Below, piece after piece: positions 41,409 through 49,863 of a stretch of DNA of 64,000 nt. Below the pieces are notes generated by a model. It worked only from the letters and a program-made list of their open reading frames with translations. It had not been told where the DNA came from and did no database searches. A program made the translations under genes and the position numbers. This DNA comes from an uncultured bacterium. GTDB lineage: Bacteria; SAR324; NAC60-12. Location: positions 30,170 to 94,169 of the forward strand of contig CBFIGY010000010.1 in the NCBI GenBank assembly GCA_965662235.1. The letters are read 5' to 3'. Numbering within the stretch: the first letter of the stretch is position 1; every line of letters begins with the position of its first letter.

Positions 41409-41981
41409 TCATTGGCCTTGGATAAGGTACGTTGAGTTGTCTGAAGAGCTGGCAGTGGTTTTGAGATCGGTTAACGCCAACGCCTTGTACCCGGTGCCGA
41501 GGACGTCATCGACCGCGTAAGCGTACACCTGACAAGTGGTGCAGGGAGCGGAGGCGGTTCCAGTCATTGCGCTGGCACTAAAGACGATGAGCGTATGCTC
41601 CTGCTGGGCTGTCGAAATCCCACCAAGGGGGTCAATGGCATAAGTCGTTGAGGTGTTATCAGTGACCACCTGAACGTTGCTCAGGGTCAGTTCAGTTTTT
41701 TGAGTTAGATCCGTAGTAGTGCATTGGGCATCGTTAGCGGGAGCCGAGAGATAGCTTCCTCCACCGCTGGCATCGAAGCTGATGGTGATAGAGACGTTAT
41801 CCTTGCATGTTGCGTACGTATAATCGTAGAGCTGTACCCCACTGACACTGATGGTTTCTGTCGCTGGCGTGGTTGCCGCAGCCGGGTCATCGCTCTCGTC
41901 AGTGCTGGAGCAGGCAGAGAGCAGGCCAACGGCTAGGAAGGCGGTGAGGGCGGTTCGAGCGAAGGGAAATCGATTAATCAT
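41409..41981 (-). CDS. Ser/Thr-rich lipoprotein of unknown function
   Basis: Lipobox LSAC; AAGGA RBS before MINRF; 4 further Cys. Confidence 0.72.
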   Translation of the reverse strand: MINRFPFARTALTAFLAVGLLSACSSTDESDDPAAATTPATETISVSGVQLYDYTYATCKDNVSITISFDASGGGSYLSAPANDAQCTTTDLTQKTELTLSNVQVVTDNTSTTYAIDPLGGISTAQQEHTLIVFSASAMTGTASAPCTTCQVYAYAVDDVLGTGYKALALTDLKTTASSSDNSTYLIQGQ

Positions 41982-42155
41982 AGCGGTGTCCTTACTTGAA
42001 AGGGAACGGTGCAACGAGACGCGGGCTGAACTCATTGAGTAAGGCGTCATCATAGGAGGGGCTTCCGCAATCGCAACGGAAGCGTGTGGACGATTTGTGG
42101 ATGGTTTGTGGGTGAATCCGTGCTTTTTTTAAGTAAAATCAATTTTTTAGGAAAA

Positions 42156-44927
42156 TCAGCCAAGCCCCTCAAGGAGGGCGCGGTAGCGTTGCTGCAGGGT
42201 GTGCCTGTCGTGGTGATCAGCAGGAAGGTGCTGCTTCACAAAGTACAGGGTTTGGAGCAGCTTGTGCCACTTGGGGTGCTGCGGGAGCTTCTTCAGGTTC
42301 AGGTAGCGGTCTAGCTGACGAGTCCGGAAGACACCGCGGCTTTCCAGGTGGACGCTCCACAGGCCGCTTTGTTCCGCCAGCTCACGCTTTCCCAGACCGG
42401 TGTGGGTCTGCCACAGCATCAGGGCAAGGTTCAGGGCGTCCACAGCAGACTCGCGGAAGGAGGGTTCCTGGGCCCGTTGAGTGTCCCGGAGGTTCCCCAA
42501 CGCTTGGTGGAACGTGAGGTCTGTGCTCTCGGAAGGCTCAGGAGGAGGGTCAGCAGGGGAGGGAAGGTGCAGGCGCAGACGGGCCGCCAGCTCAGCTGGA
42601 TCCACAGGCTTGACGAGGTAGTCATTGGCGCCGCAACGGAACCCCTTGCTGACGTCATCCAGCTGTCCACGGGCGGTGAGGAGGAGAATGGGGAGGCGTT
42701 CTGCTGAGAATTGCTCCCGGATGCGCCGACAGACCTCATATCCGTCCATCTCGGGCATCATCACATCCAGGAGGATGAGGTCAAACGAGTGCTGCTGCAG
42801 CTGTTCCAGGGCTTCTGGACCAGAAGCAACGAGGGTGAGTTCGAACTGCTGGAGACACAGCAGCTGCCTCAGCGATTCTAGGTTAATGGGGTCATCGTCC
42901 ACGAGCAGCACTGAGGCACGTGCGCCTTCCATCGGTTCCGGCTCCGGGAACCAAGGCGCCAACGTGGGTTCCTGGAGCACGGGAAACGGTCCTTCCGGCG
43001 CCTCTGTGGCCACGGGCAGGTGGATCTGGAAGGTGGTCCCGACTCCCACTTGTGAGAGGACCGTCAGGGTGCCTCCCATGGATTCTGCAAGCTGGCGACT
43101 GAGGTACAGCCCAAGCCCGGTTCCGATGCCTTCAAAGGGGGTGAAGCACCGCTCCTGCTGCTCTAGGCTCATGCCCGGACCGGTGTCGGCAACCTGGATG
43201 CAGAGGCGTGTTCCCTCCACTTCGCTGGAGAGGTGAATGACCCCTTCCTTCACAAACTTGACGGCGTTCCCAAGCAGGTTGAGGAGCAATTGCTGCAACC
43301 GCAGGGGATCCGCAAGGACAGGAACCGGAGGGTTCGCAAAGTCCGTGAGCAGCTCGATGGGGCGCCCCCGGAGGCGAACCTCAATCAAGGGCAAGGTCTC
43401 TGCAGCAACAGATTCCAGGTAAAGGGCTTCCGGATGGAGCCGAAGCCGGCCTTCTTGCAGCGCTGCGGCATCAAGCAGGTCGTCCACCATGGCCGAAAGG
43501 CGTCGTGTGCTGAGGATGATCAGTTCCAGTGTCTGCCGCGACGGAGAGGACGCTTGTTCCTGGAGGGCATTGGCCAGCCCAAGGATTCCCTGCAGGGGGG
43601 TCCGGAGCTCATGAGAGGTGTTGGCCAGAATGGAGTCCTTGAGCTGGTCCAGCCGCTTCAGTTCGGCAATCAGCTGCAGCTGAGCCTGTTCCTTTTCAAT
43701 GCGCAGCACACGGGTGCGTTCCGCAAGGGCGTAGGCGTAAAACAGCACCTGCAGGGTGAAGCCCAGGGGAAAGATGTTGTCGCGGATCCATGCATTTTCC
43801 CAGACGCCCTGCAAGCTGAGGACTTCCATGATTCCGGTCACAAAGGAGGTCACCTGACCAATGAACGCCAAGCGGACGTCCCAGCTGTGCAGGCGCCGGC
43901 TGGCGCCAACGAGGAAGGAGAGCGTCATCACGGCGTTGGGCAGCGGAGCGATGAGGATGAAGACCATCACATGGTGCAGGTACTCCACCGGGAAGAAGGC
44001 GCCTGCGGCCCAGTAAACCATGGGGATCAGGCTGGCAAGGTACCACTTGGTGAGGTGCGGCTGATGCTCCCGGACCCGCAGGAAGGTGTACATGAACAGC
44101 GAGTGGAAGACGACAATGGCCTGCGAAAAAAAGAGCGTGAAGCGGGGGCTGAAGATGGCGGTATCGGGAAGAAACTCCAGAATGACCCGGTCCCGGAAGG
44201 TGAGGAAGCCAGTAAGGGCGATGAGGGTGGCCACGTATCCCAGCAGCTCCAGGTCCCTCAGGACCAGGAGGTAAGACAGGTGATAGACCGCCATGACCAG
44301 CATCACGCCGAGCACCAAGGCGTAGAGGAGGATCAGGTTCTTGTCTCGGCCTCCAAACGCCTGAGGCTCCCAGAGCGTGACCGGCATGGAGAGGGGCTCG
44401 AGGGCCGTTACCCGGAGGTAGAAGGTGGTGGCTGCCTGAGGAGCCAAGGTGACGGGAAAGACGGCATAGGCGCTGGGATACGGACGTTCGTTCAACGGAG
44501 TAGCGTCCGTGAGGGACTGCTCGGTGAGAGCGCCATCCGGATGCAGCTGGTACAGGTGAACGGTGTGGTTGCGGGTGGAGCCAACTTCCAGCAACCGCTT
44601 CAGGGGCTGGGCTCTCGCATGATGCACCGTCACTCGTGCCCACCAGGCGGACTCCGTGGGCGGGAAGTTGGGAACCGAGGTGGTGCTGGGGGTGAACCGG
44701 CCGGCCCACGGTTCCTGACGCACGTCCTTCAGGGTGAGCTTCCGAGTAGGATCCTCTAAGAGTTCCAGGTGGATGCCAAGGGGCATCGGCTCCTGAGTGA
44801 CCTCTAGGGGCTGACCGCTCAAGAGGTCGGCAGACAACAACAGGAGGCCTGCCAGGATCCACCGGATTCCTGCAAGCAGCGGGTCGTACCTCGGCTGGCA
44901 GCGACACAAGTTTGAGTGGAAGACCAT
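42156..44927 (-). CDS. 7TM-DISM hybrid sensor histidine kinase (HisKA-HATPase-REC) with C-terminal ChiS-like DNA-binding domain
   Basis: DISM ectodomain (LLEDPTRKLTL, AWWAR), 7 TM, ANTSHELRTPL, NLLGNAVKF, DTGPG, receiver VDDD/LDVMMP/KP, and an extra C-terminal domain of about 100 aa. Confidence 0.88.
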   Translation of the reverse strand: MVFHSNLCRCQPRYDPLLAGIRWILAGLLLLSADLLSGQPLEVTQEPMPLGIHLELLEDPTRKLTLKDVRQEPWAGRFTPSTTSVPNFPPTESAWWARVTVHHARAQPLKRLLEVGSTRNHTVHLYQLHPDGALTEQSLTDATPLNERPYPSAYAVFPVTLAPQAATTFYLRVTALEPLSMPVTLWEPQAFGGRDKNLILLYALVLGVMLVMAVYHLSYLLVLRDLELLGYVATLIALTGFLTFRDRVILEFLPDTAIFSPRFTLFFSQAIVVFHSLFMYTFLRVREHQPHLTKWYLASLIPMVYWAAGAFFPVEYLHHVMVFILIAPLPNAVMTLSFLVGASRRLHSWDVRLAFIGQVTSFVTGIMEVLSLQGVWENAWIRDNIFPLGFTLQVLFYAYALAERTRVLRIEKEQAQLQLIAELKRLDQLKDSILANTSHELRTPLQGILGLANALQEQASSPSRQTLELIILSTRRLSAMVDDLLDAAALQEGRLRLHPEALYLESVAAETLPLIEVRLRGRPIELLTDFANPPVPVLADPLRLQQLLLNLLGNAVKFVKEGVIHLSSEVEGTRLCIQVADTGPGMSLEQQERCFTPFEGIGTGLGLYLSRQLAESMGGTLTVLSQVGVGTTFQIHLPVATEAPEGPFPVLQEPTLAPWFPEPEPMEGARASVLLVDDDPINLESLRQLLCLQQFELTLVASGPEALEQLQQHSFDLILLDVMMPEMDGYEVCRRIREQFSAERLPILLLTARGQLDDVSKGFRCGANDYLVKPVDPAELAARLRLHLPSPADPPPEPSESTDLTFHQALGNLRDTQRAQEPSFRESAVDALNLALMLWQTHTGLGKRELAEQSGLWSVHLESRGVFRTRQLDRYLNLKKLPQHPKWHKLLQTLYFVKQHLPADHHDRHTLQQRYRALLEGLG

Positions 44928-45158
44928 GTGGTTTCTTCCGAAAACACCTCTTAAGTTTGTAGCGGGTGAAGAGTGATTCTTTTTTAGGCGGTGTCTGGGA
45001 AAGGTTCAAGTGCAAGATGCTCTTTTTTAACCACCGGCCGCTGACCTCTGTGAGGAACCCGGGTGTACTTTGGACTGCAACTGCCCCCAGATCAACGTTA
45101 CGCTAACCCAAACTGCCTGAGCCCACCGCCAGGCTGAACCCTGAACCCATGAGGACGA

Positions 45159-46016
45159 ATGAATCTGATTGAAGCCCGAGGCCTCAGCCAACGCTATGGG
45201 GCCAAGGTCGTGCTTCAGAACCTAGACTTTACCCTTCCTTCCGGACAGGTCCTGGGCCTGATTGGTCCAAACGGTGCCGGAAAGACGACCCTGATTCAGT
45301 CACTGCTGGGCCTGAGCGCCTGTGAGGGAACGGTGCAGGTGCTGGGGCAGGATCCCCTGCGTCAGCGGGCGCAGCTGCTGCAGGAGGTGGCGTATGTTGC
45401 CGATGTGGCGGTCATGCCCCGTTGGATGCGGCTGGAGCAATCTGTGCGCTACCTCACCGCGGTGCACCCCCGCTTCTCGGAAGAGAAGGCCCGGACCCTG
45501 CTGGAACAAAACAACCTGCCCCTGCAGGCTCGGGTCAAGGAGCTCTCGAAGGGAATGCTGGCGCAGCTGCACCTTTCGCTGGTGCTGGCCATTGACGCCC
45601 GTCTCTACATCCTTGATGAGCCAACCCTGGGGCTGGATGCGGTGGTCCGCAAGCGCTTCTACCAAGACCTTGTGGCCGCGGGCTATGGTCCTGAAAAAAG
45701 CATTCTCATCACCTCTCACCAGATTGAAGAGGTGGAGCCGATTCTGACCCACACCGCGTTTCTGAGTGACGGAAAGCTGCTCCTGCAGGAGTCGCTGGAC
45801 GACCTCCGTCAGCGCTACCTGAGCCTGGAGGTGGCCCCGGAACACCTGGAAGCCGCTCAGGGCCTGAAGCCCCTTTACACGCAAAAACTGACGGAACGGA
45901 CGCTGCTGCTCTTCGATGGCGGTGATCCGGAAGCGCTGGCGCCGTATGGATCGGTCCGTCAAGCCGACCTGGCGACCATCTTTGTCGCGACCCTTGAACA
46001 ACAGAGGCAGGGATGA
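45159..46016 (+). CDS. ABC-2 type transporter ATP-binding protein
   Basis: GPNGAGKTT, LSKGM, LDEPTLGLD, TSH. Confidence 0.93.
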   Translation: MNLIEARGLSQRYGAKVVLQNLDFTLPSGQVLGLIGPNGAGKTTLIQSLLGLSACEGTVQVLGQDPLRQRAQLLQEVAYVADVAVMPRWMRLEQSVRYLTAVHPRFSEEKARTLLEQNNLPLQARVKELSKGMLAQLHLSLVLAIDARLYILDEPTLGLDAVVRKRFYQDLVAAGYGPEKSILITSHQIEEVEPILTHTAFLSDGKLLLQESLDDLRQRYLSLEVAPEHLEAAQGLKPLYTQKLTERTLLLFDGGDPEALAPYGSVRQADLATIFVATLEQQRQG

Positions 46017-46942
46017 ATCTGACTTTTTGGAAAATGCTCCTGCTCCGGGAGTTTTGGGAACACCGTAACTCGACCGTGGTGACGCCGGTGGTGCTGGCCG
46101 GGGTGTGGTTTCTGCTGGTCAGCGGACTGCTCCTTTCTGGACTCTCCAATGCGCTGGAGGTCAACGGGCAGACCCTGGACCTGCAGCGGCTGCAGAACGA
46201 GCTAGGAGCTGAAGGCCTCAGCCAGCTTCAGGAAGCCGGGCACAGCCTGGTGAGCCTGTGGTACTGGCCCTTCTTTTTGGTAGGAACCCTGGTTCAGCTG
46301 CTGTACCTGCTGGCCTGTCTCTATGATGAGCGCAAGGACCGTTCGGTGATCTTCTGGCGCTCGCTCCCGGTTTCAGACCTGCAGACGCTGCTGGCGAAGC
46401 TGCTGTTTGGAGTCTTGGTGATTCCGTTGCTCTATGTGCTGGCCTTTCTGGTCTCCCTGACGCTCACGCTGGCCATTTGCATTCCCACAACGTCTTTGAC
46501 GAGTGACCTGCCCTGGGGCTGGTTGCTGGAGTCCACCCAGCTGTTTCAGTACGTGGGCGAGCTGTGGTTTTCGATTCCGCTGTTTGCGATCTGGCTGGTG
46601 CCGCTTGCCTGTTGGTTGCTGCTGGCATCCATGGTGGCAGGCAAGCTTCCGCTGCTGTGGGCGGTGCTTCCGTGGGTCGGGCTGGGTCTGCTGGAAGGCG
46701 CGCTCTCCAACCTGAGCCAGGTGCCCCGCTGGTTGGTGGACCTCTCTGGAGCCATCAGTCACTACTACAGCTTCAGCAGCCGCTATGGAGATCCCAACAC
46801 GATCAACCTCATCTGGACTCCGCTGGAACTGTTCCGAGTTGACTTCTGGACCGACTACCGGCACCTGGTGGCCTGGACGATTGGGGCGGTGCTGTTTGGG
46901 GCAGTGCTGCTGCTGAGGCGCTATCGCGGACAGGCGCTTTAG
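46013..46942 (+). CDS. ABC-2 type transporter permease
   Basis: REFWEHR, LYDERKDRSVIFWRSLPVSD..L.K; multiple TM segments. Confidence 0.85.
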   Translation: MNLTFWKMLLLREFWEHRNSTVVTPVVLAGVWFLLVSGLLLSGLSNALEVNGQTLDLQRLQNELGAEGLSQLQEAGHSLVSLWYWPFFLVGTLVQLLYLLACLYDERKDRSVIFWRSLPVSDLQTLLAKLLFGVLVIPLLYVLAFLVSLTLTLAICIPTTSLTSDLPWGWLLESTQLFQYVGELWFSIPLFAIWLVPLACWLLLASMVAGKLPLLWAVLPWVGLGLLEGALSNLSQVPRWLVDLSGAISHYYSFSSRYGDPNTINLIWTPLELFRVDFWTDYRHLVAWTIGAVLFGAVLLLRRYRGQAL

Positions 46943-47000
46943 TCGGTCTTCCTGCTAGAACCCGCAGGCCGGCTTTCTGAACGTTACCGCAAGGTGGGTT

Positions 47001-47396
47001 TCAGGGGCTCGGCCGCAGGAGCCAGATGCCCAGTCCGCAGGCGAGCAGGGAGAGGATCAGGTTGGAGCTGATATTGAGAAGGGCCCGTCCCCATGCCCCG
47101 TCGAGGGCGAGGAGCCAGGTTTCCAGACTGAAGGTTGAGAACGTGGTGAAGGCGCCCATGAAGCCAGTGGTCAGCAGCAGCTGAACCTCCGGACGCAGCT
47201 CCAAGCGCTCTCGAAAGGTCAGGGCCAGGGCCCCGAGTAGAAAGGATCCTAAAACGTTGACCAGCAGCGTGCCATAAGGCAGGAAGCTCCCCAACCACTG
47301 ATTGACGGCCCGCGTGGCCAGGTACCGGGAAGTGGCGCCACAGGCTCCTCCCAAAGCCACGGCCAGCAGAGGACTCCACCCAGGAAACAGCCCCAT
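47001..47396 (-). CDS. crcB: Fluoride efflux channel Fluc
   Basis: GGACGA..RY, PYGTLLVNVLGSF, TGFMGAFTTFSTF. Confidence 0.95.
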   Translation of the reverse strand: MGLFPGWSPLLAVALGGACGATSRYLATRAVNQWLGSFLPYGTLLVNVLGSFLLGALALTFRERLELRPEVQLLLTTGFMGAFTTFSTFSLETWLLALDGAWGRALLNISSNLILSLLACGLGIWLLRPSP

Positions 47397-47398
47397 GG

Positions 47399-48859
47399 CT
47401 AGGCCTCCACGGATTCAATGCGGGTCGGATCCAGCGGCAGGAACACCTTGAAGGTGGTCCCGCCTCCGTTGCGACTTTCTACCGAGATGTGCCCGCGGTG
47501 CTGCTTGATGAGTGCGTGGGTAATCGAGAGGCCCAGTCCGGTTCCCTTTCCGGCAGGCTTGGTGGTGAAGAACGACTCGAAGATCTTCTCCTGCATCTCA
47601 GCAGGAATGCCGGTTCCGGTATCCTGCACCTGCACCCAGACCCCGTTTTCTCCAGACTGCGTCCGCAGCGTGATGACCTTCTCTGACCGGTGCTCCATGG
47701 CGTCCCGGGCGTTGTTGATGAGGTTGGTGAACACCTGTTCCAGCTGAATCTCATTGCAACGGATTTCCGGAAGATCCGGAGCCAGCTCCAGTTCCAGCGA
47801 GACACCGTCCTTCCGGAGCTGGGGTCCGACCATCAGCAGGGTGTTGTCGAGGATGGTGTTGATGGCATGCCGGTTGAGGGGCTCGTTTTCGCTCCGGCGG
47901 CTGTAGTTGCGGATGTGGTTGATGATGGCGGTGCAGCGGTCCACCATCTGCTCAATGGAGCTCAGTTTGGGGGCCGGGTCAAACTTCTGAGGATTGGTGG
48001 AATACGTCATCTTCAGCAGCTCCGCGTTCATGCGGATGGCTCCCAGCGGGGTCTTGATCTCATGGGCAATGCCTGAGGCAAGCTCGCCAATGGCAGAGAG
48101 CTTGGCAGACTGCACCAGCATGCTCTGGGCGTTCCGGAGCTCATCGTACGCCCGGCGGAGGTCGTCTTCTGTCGCCTTTTGCTGCACCTGAAGCTGCTGC
48201 AGCTCCTGGGTCATTTTGTTGAAGGCCACAGCCGTTTGCTGAAACTCGTCCTTGCCGGAAACCGGGATGCGGTGATTCCAGTCTCCTGCAGCAATGCGAC
48301 CAGAGGCTTCCTGAAGCTTCAGCAGGTTCCGGGTGAGGTAGATGCCAAACAGCAGGGAAAGCATGGCCGAGAGGAACAGCTCCAGCGCCGCAATCAGGAG
48401 CGTCTCCTGCCGGGCGTTGGCCAGCACCGCTTCAATCTCCTGTGTGGAGAACCCAAGCTCTACCCGGACAATGGTGCGTCCACTTTCCTGCAGCTCAGCC
48501 GAGGTGTCAAAGACGCTGTCGGTGATGGCATCCATCCCAGCATCCGCCTGAAAGGGCCGGCTGAGCAGTGTGGCATCGCCTCCTTCCGCCAGCACCTGCC
48601 CTCCTCCAATCACCCGGGCATAAACGAGTCCGCGGTTCTGCAGAACGTCCTCCACAAAGCTCTCCAGGGACGCGAGGTCATACGAGAGAGCGGCATCCTT
48701 GGTCATGCTCGCAAAGAGCTGGGCGGCGGTGTGACTGGAGCGGATCAGCTCCTGCTCATGAGAGGTCTTGAGCGAACTGAGGCTGCTCCAGATCAGAATC
48801 GTCAGGGCCACCGACTCAATGAGGGCGATGCCGAGGATGGTCTTCAGGCGAAAGGACAA
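47399..48859 (-). CDS. Membrane sensor histidine kinase (HAMP, NtrB-like kinase core)
   Basis: 2 TM, HAMP, GIAHEIKTPL, NLINNARDA, DTGTG, FFTTKPAGKGTGLGL. Confidence 0.93.
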   Translation of the reverse strand: MSFRLKTILGIALIESVALTILIWSSLSSLKTSHEQELIRSSHTAAQLFASMTKDAALSYDLASLESFVEDVLQNRGLVYARVIGGGQVLAEGGDATLLSRPFQADAGMDAITDSVFDTSAELQESGRTIVRVELGFSTQEIEAVLANARQETLLIAALELFLSAMLSLLFGIYLTRNLLKLQEASGRIAAGDWNHRIPVSGKDEFQQTAVAFNKMTQELQQLQVQQKATEDDLRRAYDELRNAQSMLVQSAKLSAIGELASGIAHEIKTPLGAIRMNAELLKMTYSTNPQKFDPAPKLSSIEQMVDRCTAIINHIRNYSRRSENEPLNRHAINTILDNTLLMVGPQLRKDGVSLELELAPDLPEIRCNEIQLEQVFTNLINNARDAMEHRSEKVITLRTQSGENGVWVQVQDTGTGIPAEMQEKIFESFFTTKPAGKGTGLGLSITHALIKQHRGHISVESRNGGGTTFKVFLPLDPTRIESVEA

Positions 48860-48878
48860 GTGGCGTCAGGCGCTGAGG

Positions 48879-49703
48879 TTACTTCAGGTACTTGTCAAGC
48901 AGGGTGATGTTCAGGCTCCGGATGTCATCCCACTGTGCGTCTTCAGCAGTTTCTAGGCCATTCTTGAAGCCGAGGGCATCCAGCAGTGGGCGCCCCTCCG
49001 GGTTCTGGTGCATGGCGATCATGGCCGCTTGCAACCGTTGCACATCGGCAGCAGCCATTCCGGGACGAGACGCAAAGGCGTGGGGGGTGTACTTGCGGGT
49101 CTCCCACAGCACCCGGAGCTGGGACTGCACCTCGGCGGGCATGTTCCGGAAGGTCCGGTAGATGCCTCCTCCGGCGGGAAACAGACCCTTGGCCACCGCC
49201 TTGTAAACGGAGTCATGAGAGGAAACGTACTGCGGGGTGAAGTCAATGCCCATCTGCGTCAGGTTGGCGCGGGGCAGCACGCTGGCCGCAAAGGCGCCCG
49301 GCGACGGAAAAGCCAAGGTGCTGCCGGTCAAGGCGTCAAGGCTCTGTACCTCTGAGTCCTGACGGACCACAATCAATCCGGTGATGGACTTGTTCTTCTC
49401 CTTGGCAAACGCCTGGTACCCCGGTTTTTCAGAGAACACCACATAGTGGTAGGGGTTCATGTAGGCAAGGTCATACTCCTGTGCAAACACTCGGTCTTCA
49501 AAGGTGGGAATGTCCTTGGCGGTCTGAAACTGAAGCTTGAGCCCCGTTTGCTGCTCCAGGTACTGGAGGATGGGGATCCAGACCTTTGCCAGTTCGCTTG
49601 CAGATTGCTGGGGGACGATGCCCACGCGGTAGGGGTGGTTGTCAGCGAAGAGGGGGGCGCCGAGCAGCCAGAGGCTTCCCAGCAACAGGAACCATTTTTT
49701 CAT
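48879..49703 (-). CDS. PhnD/PtxB-like phosphate/phosphonate-type solute-binding protein
   Basis: Signal peptide; GIVPQQSA, DLAYMNPYHY, LAFPSPGAFAAS, SHDSVY. Confidence 0.85.
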   Translation of the reverse strand: MKKWFLLLGSLWLLGAPLFADNHPYRVGIVPQQSASELAKVWIPILQYLEQQTGLKLQFQTAKDIPTFEDRVFAQEYDLAYMNPYHYVVFSEKPGYQAFAKEKNKSITGLIVVRQDSEVQSLDALTGSTLAFPSPGAFAASVLPRANLTQMGIDFTPQYVSSHDSVYKAVAKGLFPAGGGIYRTFRNMPAEVQSQLRVLWETRKYTPHAFASRPGMAAADVQRLQAAMIAMHQNPEGRPLLDALGFKNGLETAEDAQWDDIRSLNITLLDKYLK

Positions 49704-49863
49704 TGTGGAAATTCGGAAGTAGCGTTGTGTGCCGCGTGAAGAAAAAGGCTCCAGCCAGGAGAGCAACGCCTTTCTTCGGCGTAAGGATAAAAGCGTTTAT
49801 TCTGATGCGTTTTTTCCAAAGAAACAAGAAAACACGCTTCTGCATCCTGCGTTGGGTCAGGGG

